Shown: positions 20,737 through 29,579 of the stretch, piece by piece
Layout: each line of letters opens with the position of its first letter
How positions within the stretch are numbered: position 1 is the stretch's first letter
Source of the DNA: Alphaproteobacteria bacterium
Lineage (GTDB): Bacteria; Pseudomonadota; Alphaproteobacteria; UBA828
DNA: 64,000 nt
NCBI GenBank assembly: GCA_963667785.2
Contig: CAXXMU010000002.1
Location: 384,001 to 448,000 of the forward strand
Direction: 5' to 3'
Notes under the pieces: generated by a model
What the model saw: only the letters and a program-made list of their open reading frames with translations
Told to the model about the DNA's origin: nothing
Database searches by the model: none
Program-made: the position numbers and the translations under genes

Positions 20737-20867
20737 GGTGCGAGCACATAGCCGGCGGACGCCGCTGCCGCAACGGCCGTGGTCTGGCAAGTCGGCGGAA
20801 AAGCGCTCGCATCGCGCCCGGCCGCTGTGTAGAAGGGGCCACGACGCCCCGAATCGGTGCCGCTCAC

Positions 20868-21818
20868 GTGCGCCTGCCAATCACCGTCGGAACGCGGGGC
20901 AGCCCGCTCGCCATCGCCCAGACCCGCCACGTCTGCGCCCGGCTCGTCGCCGCTCATCCGGCGCTGGCGGAAGAGGGCGCCCTGCTGACCCGGGTCATCA
21001 CCACCTCGGGCGATCGCTTCACGGACCGGCCGCTCGCAGATATCGGCGGCAAGGGCCTCTTCACCAAGGAGATCGAGGAAGCGCTCCTGGACGGGCGCAT
21101 CGACCTCGCCGTGCACTCGATGAAGGACCTGCCGACGCGGCTGCCCGAGGGGCTCGAGATCGCCGCGATCCCCGAACGCGAGGACCCGCGCGACGTGCTG
21201 GTCGTGCGCGATGCACCCGATGCGCCGGACGCGACTGCCGGACTCGCCGGTTTGCCATCGGGGGCACGGGTCGGCACCGGGTCGCTCCGCCGCCAGGCGC
21301 AGCTTCTGGCGCAGCGCCCCGATCTCACCATCGTGCCCTTTCGCGGCAACGTGGGCACCCGCCTCGGCAAGGTGGCGGACGGGGTGGCGGACGCCACCCT
21401 GCTGGCGCTGGCGGGCCTGAGACGGCTCGGGGAGGATACGGGTTCGATGGCGGTGCTGACGCCAGGCGAGATGCTGCCGGCGGTGGGCCAGGGGGCGCTC
21501 GGAATCGAATGCCGCATCGGCGATGCTCAGACGCGGGAGGCGCTGCTGCCCGTCGCCGATCCGACGACGACCGCCGCCGTCGCCTGCGAGCGGGCGCTCC
21601 TGGAGGTGCTGGACGGCTCGTGCCGGACGCCCATCGCCGGCCTCGCTGAGGTCGACGGGGCCGGGCGGCTCCGCCTCGACGCCCTCATCGCCCGGCCGGA
21701 CGGCAGCGCCTGCCATCGCATCGAGCGCGCCGGCGCCGTGGCCGACGCCGGGGCGATCGGGCGGGACGCCGGCGCCGCGCTCCGTGCTGCCGCCGGACCG
21801 GACTGGTTCGACTGGTGA
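20868..21818 (+). CDS. hemC: Hydroxymethylbilane synthase
   Basis: GTRGSPLA, GGKGLFTKE, VHSMKD, RGNV, GSCRTP. Confidence 0.97.
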   Translation: MRLPITVGTRGSPLAIAQTRHVCARLVAAHPALAEEGALLTRVITTSGDRFTDRPLADIGGKGLFTKEIEEALLDGRIDLAVHSMKDLPTRLPEGLEIAAIPEREDPRDVLVVRDAPDAPDATAGLAGLPSGARVGTGSLRRQAQLLAQRPDLTIVPFRGNVGTRLGKVADGVADATLLALAGLRRLGEDTGSMAVLTPGEMLPAVGQGALGIECRIGDAQTREALLPVADPTTTAAVACERALLEVLDGSCRTPIAGLAEVDGAGRLRLDALIARPDGSACHRIERAGAVADAGAIGRDAGAALRAAAGPDWFDW

Positions 21819-22555
21819 GCCTCCCCCGCCTGCTGCTGACCCGCCCGCGCCAGGATTCGACGGCGCTCGCGGCGGTCCTGAAAGGCCACGGCATCGAGTC
21901 GCTGATCGAGCCGCTGATGACCATCCGCATGGAGACGCCGGCCGGGCTCGACATGGCGGGCGTGCAAGCGGTTCTGCTCACCAGCGCCAACGGTGCGAGG
22001 GCGCTGGCGGCCGCCTCCGCCTGCCCGGAGGCGCGCCGGCTCCCGGTTCTGGCGGTCGGCTGCGCGACGGCGCAGGCCGCGCGGGAGGCCGGCTTTCATG
22101 CCGTGACGGCGGCCGATGGCGACGTGGACGCGCTCATCGCGCTCGCCACGAAGCTGCTCCGCCCGGAGAAGGGCCGCCTCGTCCACGTGGCCGGCCGGAT
22201 CAGCATCGGCGATCTTGCGGAGAGGCTGCGGAACGCCGGCTTCGAGGCGGAGCGCGTGCCCCTCTACGAAGCGATCGCCGCCGAAGCGCTCTCGCCGCCG
22301 GCGCGCCACGCGCTGCAGGCGCAAACCCTCGCCGGCGTTCTGCTTTTCTCTCCCCGCACCGCGCGCCTCTTTGCTAAGCTCGCGCGCGAGTCGGGGCTTG
22401 AATCGACGGCGCGGACGCTCACCGCGTTCTGCCTGAGCCAGGCGGTGGCCATGGCGGCAGCGACCCTCTCCTGGCATCGAGTCACCGTGGCGGCCGCGCC
22501 GCGGCAGGATGCGCTCGTCGCAAGCGTGGTGCGCGCGCTTGCGCCGGGCGGGTGA
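21815..22555 (+). CDS. hemD: Uroporphyrinogen-III synthase
   Basis: LLTRP, TSANG, AVGCATA, FSPRTA; directly after hemC. Confidence 0.92.
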   Translation: MSLPRLLLTRPRQDSTALAAVLKGHGIESLIEPLMTIRMETPAGLDMAGVQAVLLTSANGARALAAASACPEARRLPVLAVGCATAQAAREAGFHAVTAADGDVDALIALATKLLRPEKGRLVHVAGRISIGDLAERLRNAGFEAERVPLYEAIAAEALSPPARHALQAQTLAGVLLFSPRTARLFAKLARESGLESTARTLTAFCLSQAVAMAAATLSWHRVTVAAAPRQDALVASVVRALAPGG

Positions 22556-22564
22556 GAGAGACGA

Positions 22565-24010
22565 ATGGCCGCGCGGAAGGACGAGGGCCGGAAGGCGCAG
22601 GACAGCGGCCGGCGCGCCGTGATCTGGCGGCTGCCGTCGGCGCAGGAGACGAGCGACTCCCGGGACGCCGGGGAGCCGGAGCGTCCCCGCGGCCGACGCG
22701 TGCCCTTGCCGGTGCTCTGGGGGCTGGTCGCGGCCCTCGTCTGCGTCGGCCTCTACGCCGCATGGTCGGAAGTCGGGCGCGACATGCTTGGTACGAGCGG
22801 CGAGCCGGCTGCCGCCTCGGCGCCCGCCCCTGCCGCCTCGGCGCCCGCCCCTGCCGCAGGCGCCGGCGGCGAGGAGGCGGGCGGCGCCACCGCCACGCCG
22901 CCCCCGTCCGATGGCGCCGGTGCCCCTCTCGTCGTTGCAGACGAGGGCGGGGAAGAGACGCCGGCCGAGGCCCCGCCGCGGGATGCGGCCCCGGTCCCTG
23001 ACGGCAAGGCAGCAATCATGGCGGGCGCCGAAACGGCCGCCGGGACGAGCGCCGCGGCCGATCCACCGGAGGAGTCGGAGGCTACCGTCGTCTCGGCAGA
23101 GGGCGCACCTGCGATTGAAGGAGACGATCCTGCCCGCCCGTCACCGCCGGCGGGCCCCGAGCCTACTTCGCCGTCGTCCACCGCTGCCGCTGCGCCACAG
23201 GCGCCGGACGCGCTCGAGGCCCGGCTGGGCGTGCTGGAGGCTCAGGCCTCCGGTGCGCTCGCCTCTGGCGCGGCGGTGACCGCTCTGGCGGAGCGGGTCC
23301 GCGTGCTCGAGGAGGATCCCGCGCGCGCGACGCTAGACCGGGCGCTTGCCGCATGGGAGGAGCAACGGGGCGTGCTGGAGGCCGCGCTCGCCGAGACCGG
23401 CGCGCGCATCGCGCAGCTGGAGCAGGAGGGCGCCCGGCAGGCCGCCGCCGACGGGCGCCTGATGGCGCTGGTGCTGGCGACCGGCGACCTCGCCGCCGCC
23501 CTCGGTTCGTCGCGCGCCTTCGCGCCGGCGTTCGAGGCGCTGAGCGGCCTCGCCGGCGGGGATGCGGAGATCGAGAGCGCGCTCGCGCGCCTCGCGCCCT
23601 TCGCGGGAATCGGCGTCGAGACGCTCGACGGTCTCGGGGCGCGCTTCCCCGAGGTCGCCAACGCCATCGTCCGCGCGGGCGCCGCGAGCGACGACGACGG
23701 CTGGATCGACGAGACCGTCACGCGGCTGAGCCAGCTCGTGACCATTCGCCGCACCGGCGGAGCGCTCGACCCCGAGAGCGTCGACGGCCGCCTGGTCTTG
23801 GCGGAGGAGGCGCTCGCGACGGGCGACCTCGCGCGGGCGATCGCTCTCGTCGAGGCGCTGGTGCCCGGCACCCCGGAGGCCGCCATCGCCAGGGAGTGGT
23901 TGCGCGATGCCCGCGCGCGCCGCGAGGCCGACGATGCCCATGCCGCGCTCGCCGCCGTCGTGCGCGACCGAGTCGGCGCCCGCTGGGCAGCGGGCGGTGC
24001 GCCGCCATGA
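22565..24010 (+). CDS. COG4223 / alphaproteobacterial Mic60 (mitofilin/HemX-like) membrane protein
   Basis: N-terminal TM, Pro/Ala-rich linker, coiled coil, C-terminal mitofilin-like region (LVTIRR...WLRDARAR); hemC-hemD-X-hemY synteny. Confidence 0.8.
   Translation: MAARKDEGRKAQDSGRRAVIWRLPSAQETSDSRDAGEPERPRGRRVPLPVLWGLVAALVCVGLYAAWSEVGRDMLGTSGEPAAASAPAPAASAPAPAAGAGGEEAGGATATPPPSDGAGAPLVVADEGGEETPAEAPPRDAAPVPDGKAAIMAGAETAAGTSAAADPPEESEATVVSAEGAPAIEGDDPARPSPPAGPEPTSPSSTAAAAPQAPDALEARLGVLEAQASGALASGAAVTALAERVRVLEEDPARATLDRALAAWEEQRGVLEAALAETGARIAQLEQEGARQAAADGRLMALVLATGDLAAALGSSRAFAPAFEALSGLAGGDAEIESALARLAPFAGIGVETLDGLGARFPEVANAIVRAGAASDDDGWIDETVTRLSQLVTIRRTGGALDPESVDGRLVLAEEALATGDLARAIALVEALVPGTPEAAIAREWLRDARARREADDAHAALAAVVRDRVGARWAAGGAPP
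22809..22857 (+). repeat. 21-bp in-frame tandem repeat (about 2.3 copies; AASAPAP)
   Basis: CTGCCGCCTCGGCGCCCGCCC x2 plus CTGCCGC. Confidence 0.85.
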
Positions 24011-25377
24011 TCCGCATCGTCGCCTTCATCGTCGCGGTGATCGTCGTGGCGGCGGTCGCGACCTGGATTTCGGAGCCGCCCGGCCGGGTCGAGATCGCCT
24101 GGGGCGACTACGTGGTGGAGACGTCGCCGGGGATCCTGGCGGCGTTCGTCGCCGTGGCCGCGACCATCGTGCTGGTGATCGGCGCCGTGGTGCGCTTCGT
24201 CTGGATCGGCCCCCGGCGCCTCGCCCGGGCGCGCCGGCGCCGGCGCGAGCGTCTCGGCTACCGTGCCCTCACGCAGGGATTGGTCGCCGCGGCGGCCGGC
24301 GATCCGCGGCGCGCCCGCCGCTTCGCCCGCCGCGCCAACCTGCTGCTGGACGAGCCGCCGCTCACCCTGCTGCTCTCGGCCCAGGCGGCGCAGCTCGAGG
24401 GCGACGACCGCGCCGCGCGCGGCTACTTCGAGGCGATGCTCGACCAGCCGGCAACGGCGTTCCTCGGCTTGCGCGGCCTGCTCGTCCAGGCCGAGCGCAC
24501 CGGCGACACGGCGGCGGCGCTCGAGCATGCCGAACGTGCCTTCGCGCTGCGCCCCGAGACGCCCTGGGTGCTGACCGCGCTGCTGGAGCTGCAGACCCGC
24601 ACGGGCCGCTGGTCGGATGCGCTCGTCACGGTGAAGGAGGCGCTCCGCCACGGCGCGGTGACGGAGGAGGCCGGGCGCCGCCGCCAGGCCGGGCTGCTGT
24701 TCGAGCGTGCCCGGGCGCTGCGCGAGCAGGGCGAGGCCAGGGAGGCGCTGCGCGTCGCAGACGAGGCGCGCGCGGTGGATGCGTCCTTCCTGCCGGCGGC
24801 GCTGCTCGGCGCGGGCCTCGCCAAGGAGGCGGGCCGCGACAGCGCCGCGGTGCGGACCGTCACGGACGCCTGGCGCCATTGCCCGCACCCCGCGCTCGGC
24901 CGACTCTTCCTCGCGCTCCATGCGGAGAGCTCCGCCGCCGAGAGGCTGAAGCGGGTCGAGAAGCTGGTGGCCGGCAACAGCGACCACGCGGAGAGCCACA
25001 TGCTGCTGGCGCAGCAGGCCCTCGACGCCAGGCAGTGGGGGACGGCGCGCCGGCACCTGGAGCGCGTCGCTGAGCAACGCCCCACCGCCGCCGTCTATCG
25101 TCTGCTCGCTCGCCTCGAGGAAGCGGAGAACGGGGACGGGGACGTGGTGCGGCAGCGGCTCAGGCAGGCGAGCGAGGCGCCGCCCGACCCGGCATGGCTC
25201 TGCACCCGCTGCGCCAGCGCGAGCCCGGCTTGGGCAATCGCCTGCGAGGGCTGCGGCGCGTTCGACTCGATCGAGTGGCGCACGCCGCCGCAAGCCGAGG
25301 CGGATGCCCTGCCGCCCGGTGCGGCGGCGGACGAGGACGGCGAGCAGCCGCGCCCGGTGCAGGCCGCCGCCGGCTGA
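24007..25377 (+). CDS. hemY: HemY-domain TPR membrane protein
   Basis: Two N-terminal TMs, LTLLLSAQAAQLEG, FLGLRGL, TPR repeats, PDPAWLC..C..C..C..FDSIEW end. Confidence 0.9.
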   Translation: MIRIVAFIVAVIVVAAVATWISEPPGRVEIAWGDYVVETSPGILAAFVAVAATIVLVIGAVVRFVWIGPRRLARARRRRRERLGYRALTQGLVAAAAGDPRRARRFARRANLLLDEPPLTLLLSAQAAQLEGDDRAARGYFEAMLDQPATAFLGLRGLLVQAERTGDTAAALEHAERAFALRPETPWVLTALLELQTRTGRWSDALVTVKEALRHGAVTEEAGRRRQAGLLFERARALREQGEAREALRVADEARAVDASFLPAALLGAGLAKEAGRDSAAVRTVTDAWRHCPHPALGRLFLALHAESSAAERLKRVEKLVAGNSDHAESHMLLAQQALDARQWGTARRHLERVAEQRPTAAVYRLLARLEEAENGDGDVVRQRLRQASEAPPDPAWLCTRCASASPAWAIACEGCGAFDSIEWRTPPQAEADALPPGAAADEDGEQPRPVQAAAG

Positions 25378-25461
25378 TCTGGACCCCGGACGGCGGGGCC
25401 GAGTTCAGACTGGCGCCTTTACAACGGTGGTTCGCTTGACGATAGTCCGGCGCGGGACCGG

Positions 25462-25537
25462 GCCGCAGTAGCTCAGCCGGTAGAGCAATGCATTCGTAAT
25501 GCATGGGTCGGGAGTTCGAGTCTCTCCTGCGGCACCA
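25462..25537 (+). tRNA. tRNA-Thr (CGT)
   Basis: GCCGCAGTAGCTCAGCCGGTAGAGC, ATGCA-TTCGTAA-TGCAT, GTTCGAGT, CTGCGGCACCA; 76 nt. Confidence 0.96.
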
Positions 25538-25616
25538 GGTCCTGCCTTCGGGCACTCCCGCTCGGTCCCGAAATCGACCGCAACCACCCTCCGTCCGAAC
25601 GTCGCCCGGCCGCCCC

Positions 25617-27395
25617 TCAGCCGTTGCGGAGGCGCGCGGTCGCGTCCTCGTCGAGGTCTCCCGCATCGTCGACGACCACGCGATAGGTCTCGCGCGCGGC
25701 CTCGGCGGAGACCCAGCGCTCGCGCACGTCGATCACCACCTGCGGCGCCGGCCGCTCGGTGGGCGCGCCATAGCCGCCGCCGCCGCACGAATAGGAGACG
25801 ATGGTGTGGCCCTCGGGGATGATCGCCTGGGCGCAAGGGTCGAGCCGGTGGAGGTCGCCGTTGGCGTCGCGCCGGAACTGGTTCGCCCGTCCGCCGGGGG
25901 TGCCGCCGCGCGCGCCCTCCGGTGCGGTGACGTTGCCGTCGCTGACGTAGCCGACCTCCAGATCGCCCTCGGTCGGCCCGAACTCGCAGTAGACCCCGGC
26001 GCCGCCCCGGGTGCGGCCGTGGCCGCCGGAATCGGTGATGAAGTGCCGGCCGCGCACGGTGAGCGGGAAGCGCATCTCGTCGAGCTCGATGGAATCCTGA
26101 TAGGACATGCCGGCGTTGCCGAGATGGCCGATGGAGAGCCACGCGTCGGCCTGGGCGCTCGCCGCGCCGCCGCCCCAGCCGAGGAAGATCTGGTTGACGT
26201 AGGCGCCCTTGGTCTTCTCGCTGGTGCCGGAGATCACGCCGAGGGAGGGCGGGATGATCGAGGCGGTGCTCGCCATGCCGTAGCCGTCGCCCAGATCGGC
26301 GATGGCGCGGCTCACGGCGTTGCCCACGCGGTCGGCGAGATTGGTCGTGGCCACCGAGCAGCTTGTCGGGTGCCTGGGAATGCCGCAGACGCTGTTCTCC
26401 TTGAGGTGCATGCGGACGCGCCGGAAGGAGCCGGTGTTGGTCGGCACCGCTTCGGGGATGCTGTTGAAGACGCCGAGCAGCAGCGTGCTCTCGCAGCAGG
26501 CCTGCGATAGGTTGAGGCCGCAGGGCATCGCGTCGGGATTGTCGCGGAGGTCGATGTCGATCATCGCCTCGTCCGGGTCCACCTCGACCACGATCTTGAC
26601 CGGAATGCCGTCCTCGGCGTTGGGGAAGGGGTCGTGCATCGAGGCGGTCTCAGCGCGGCCGCCCGGCATCTTCCTCACCGCCGCGATCATGAGCTGCTCG
26701 CTGTAGTCGAACCACTGGTCGGCGAACTGGGCGAGGGTGTCCCAGCCGATCTCCCGGCCGAAGCCCAGGATCTCGCGCTCGCCGATCCGCGCCGCGCCCA
26801 GCGCCGCCAGGTAGTCGCCCCACCACTGCTCCGGCACGCGGATGCGGAGTCGGCACATGCGCACGATGTCCTCGATGTCCTCGTAGTCCCGCTGGATCTG
26901 GACGGCCGGGAAGATCAGGGCGCCCTCCTCGTACACGTCGCGGGCGCTGCCGTGATAGGTGGTGGCGATGGAGTTGCCGCAGTCCGCCTGATGGGCCTTG
27001 GCGACCATGGTGAAGCGGTGCACGCCCTCGTCGTCCACCACCGGCACGAGCGTGGTGTGATCGGCCGGGTGCGAGCAGCCGTGATAGGGCGAGTTGTGGA
27101 GATAGGCGTCGCCCCGCTCGAGGTCGGGATGAAACGCCTGCATCGACTCGCACATCATGTCGGCGCCGCGCAGGACGTGAATGGGCAGGCTCTCGTTGAC
27201 CGTGAGCAGCCGGTTCTCGGCGGTCACGATGCAGCAGGAGAAGTCGCGCGCGCTGTTGAGCACGCCCGAGCGTCCGGTGCGCAGCAGCGTGTTGGCCATC
27301 TTGGCGCAGATGGCCTCCATCCGCTTGTTGATGATCGCCATCTGCACGCCGTCCAGCGTGCCGTCGTCGTTGAGGGTCAGCGTGTTCCTTGCCAT
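25617..27395 (-). CDS. Hydantoinase B / oxoprolinase C-terminal family (HyuB-like)
   Basis: RDFSC, LPIH, NSPYHGCSHPADH, HQADCG, EEG, DSGGHGRTRGG, GGGGYGAP. Confidence 0.93.
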   Translation of the reverse strand: MARNTLTLNDDGTLDGVQMAIINKRMEAICAKMANTLLRTGRSGVLNSARDFSCCIVTAENRLLTVNESLPIHVLRGADMMCESMQAFHPDLERGDAYLHNSPYHGCSHPADHTTLVPVVDDEGVHRFTMVAKAHQADCGNSIATTYHGSARDVYEEGALIFPAVQIQRDYEDIEDIVRMCRLRIRVPEQWWGDYLAALGAARIGEREILGFGREIGWDTLAQFADQWFDYSEQLMIAAVRKMPGGRAETASMHDPFPNAEDGIPVKIVVEVDPDEAMIDIDLRDNPDAMPCGLNLSQACCESTLLLGVFNSIPEAVPTNTGSFRRVRMHLKENSVCGIPRHPTSCSVATTNLADRVGNAVSRAIADLGDGYGMASTASIIPPSLGVISGTSEKTKGAYVNQIFLGWGGGAASAQADAWLSIGHLGNAGMSYQDSIELDEMRFPLTVRGRHFITDSGGHGRTRGGAGVYCEFGPTEGDLEVGYVSDGNVTAPEGARGGTPGGRANQFRRDANGDLHRLDPCAQAIIPEGHTIVSYSCGGGGYGAPTERPAPQVVIDVRERWVSAEAARETYRVVVDDAGDLDEDATARLRNG

Positions 27396-27411
27396 CGCTC
27401 GCCTGCTTCGG

Positions 27412-29475
27412 TCAGGGCGTTATCAGGAGACTGCCCGAGGGCCGGCGCTCGGCCTTGGCCCCGGGGTCGATCACAACGGTGGTGAAGGACGATTCGATGA
27501 TGGCCGGCCCTTCGACGGTCTCCCCCGGCCCCATGCCGTCGAAGTGCACCACCCGCGCCTCGACGAAGCCCGTATCGGGGAAGTAGACCGAGCGGCCGGC
27601 TTCGATCTCCGGACCGCCGCCGGCGCTGTCGACGCTCAGGTTGACGCCGTCGCGCAGGCGGCAGCGCACGTTGGCGCGCCAGCCGACCGTCTCGATGGTC
27701 GATTCGGAGTCGGCAAAGGTGAAGAGCGATTCGTGGGTCTTGTGGAAGTCCTCCACGAAGGCCGCGAGCGCGTTCTCGTCCTCGATCCGCCCGCCGCGCA
27801 GCGGCACCTCGATCTCCCAGATCTGGCTGGGATAGCGCGCCTCGGCGGTGAACTCGATCTCCTGCTCCAGCGAGCCCGCGCCCGGGCCCTCGATGAAGGC
27901 GCGGCACTTCTCCTCCAGCCCTTCCAGAAGCACGTTCACGCCGTTGAAGTCGAAGCCGCCGGTCGAGGTGTAGAGGGTGCCGCTGTACTCGGCCCGGAGC
28001 TCCGAGATCAGCGCGCCGTGGGCGCTGAGCGCGGCCGCGACCTCGGGCAGGATCACCTGCGCGCAGCCGAGCCGGCGCGCGATGGCAACCGCGTTGAGGC
28101 CGGCAGCGCCGCCGCCGCCGACGATCGCGGCCTCGCGCGGGTCGATGCCCTGGTTGACGGTGATGTCCTCGATGGCGTGCACCATGTTCTCGGTCGCGAC
28201 GCTCATGATCGCCGCCGCCGCCTCGTGCAGCGAGAGGCCGAGCCTTTCTGCGACGTGGCTCTCGATCGCCGCGGCCGCGGCGTCGGTTTCCAGCGCCATG
28301 GTGCCGCCGAGGAAGTAGGCCGGGTCGATCCAGCCGAGGACCACCGACGCATCGGTCACCGTCGGCTCGGTGCCGCCGGTGCCGTAGCAGACCGGGCCGG
28401 GCACGGCGCCCGCGCTCTTCGGCCCGACATGAAGCAGACCGCCCTCGTCGACCCAGGCGATGCTGCCGCCGCCGGCGCCGATGCTCTTCACGTCCACCGC
28501 CGGGAAGCCGGTCATGTGCCCGCGGTAGGGTTGGCCGATCCAGGTCTCCCGCGTCCACGGAATGCGGCCTCCGCGCACTAGGCTCACGTCGAAGGTGGTG
28601 CCGCCGGTATCGGCGATGATGGCGGTATCGACGCCGCTGTCGGCCTGGGCGTAGGCGCGGCCGGCGATCGGCGCCATGGCCGGGCCGGAGTTGATCGAGT
28701 GGATCGGCGCGTGCGCCATGTCGGCGGCATCCATGGCGCCGCCCTGGGTGGTCACCACCAGCACGCGGCCGCCGAAGCCCGCCTCGCGCAGGCGCGATTC
28801 CAGACCGCCCAGATAGTCGCCCATGAGCGGCTTGAGCGAGGCGTCGATGCAGGTGGACGACGCGCGGCGGTACTCGCGGAGCGAGGGGTTGAGCACGTGC
28901 GAGAGCGTGTAAGGCACCTCCGGCAGGTGGCGCTCGAGCAACGCGCCAACGCGGAGCTCGTGCTCCGGGTTGACGATCGACCAGAGCAGGCAGACGGCGA
29001 TCGCCTCGATCTCCCGGTCCTTCAGTTCTTCGATGATCGCGACGACGGCCGCCTCGTCGAGCGGCTCGGTCACGGTGCCGTCGTAGGCCACCCGCTCGGG
29101 CACCTCGTAGGTGAGCGAGCGCGGCACGTAGGGCTCCGGGTAGGGCACGGTGAAGTTGAACGGCTCGATGCGCCCGCCCTCGCGAAACACCAGAACGTCC
29201 GGGTGCCCCTTGGTGGTGAGGAAGGCGGTGCGCGCGGTGTTGCCGGTCACGATCGCGTTGATCGCGTGCGTGGTGCCGTGGATCAGCATCTCGCCCCGGC
29301 CGAGCAGGGTATCGCGGCTCTCGCCCAGGTCCGCGGCGGCGCGGGAGAGCGTCTCCAGCACGCCGGCGACCGGGTCCGACGGCGTCGTCGGCGCCTTGTA
29401 CATGCGCAGGCCGCCATCGTCGGACTCGACGACGAGGTCGGTGAAGGTTCCCCCGGTATCGACCGCGAATCGCAT
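27412..29475 (-). CDS. Hydantoinase A / oxoprolinase N-terminal family (HyuA-like)
   Basis: VDTGGTFTD, HGTT, REYRR, NSGP, DTGGTTFD, GAGGGS, PTVTDA. Confidence 0.93.
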   Translation of the reverse strand: MRFAVDTGGTFTDLVVESDDGGLRMYKAPTTPSDPVAGVLETLSRAAADLGESRDTLLGRGEMLIHGTTHAINAIVTGNTARTAFLTTKGHPDVLVFREGGRIEPFNFTVPYPEPYVPRSLTYEVPERVAYDGTVTEPLDEAAVVAIIEELKDREIEAIAVCLLWSIVNPEHELRVGALLERHLPEVPYTLSHVLNPSLREYRRASSTCIDASLKPLMGDYLGGLESRLREAGFGGRVLVVTTQGGAMDAADMAHAPIHSINSGPAMAPIAGRAYAQADSGVDTAIIADTGGTTFDVSLVRGGRIPWTRETWIGQPYRGHMTGFPAVDVKSIGAGGGSIAWVDEGGLLHVGPKSAGAVPGPVCYGTGGTEPTVTDASVVLGWIDPAYFLGGTMALETDAAAAAIESHVAERLGLSLHEAAAAIMSVATENMVHAIEDITVNQGIDPREAAIVGGGGAAGLNAVAIARRLGCAQVILPEVAAALSAHGALISELRAEYSGTLYTSTGGFDFNGVNVLLEGLEEKCRAFIEGPGAGSLEQEIEFTAEARYPSQIWEIEVPLRGGRIEDENALAAFVEDFHKTHESLFTFADSESTIETVGWRANVRCRLRDGVNLSVDSAGGGPEIEAGRSVYFPDTGFVEARVVHFDGMGPGETVEGPAIIESSFTTVVIDPGAKAERRPSGSLLITP

Positions 29476-29579
29476 GGCACTCCCGCCGTGTCGTCTAGCC
29501 GCTACGGCCGGCGGTTCGGCCGCCGGGCGGGCGCGACCCTAGCCCGGATTTCTCACCGATGTCACGGGTGGCGGACGCC

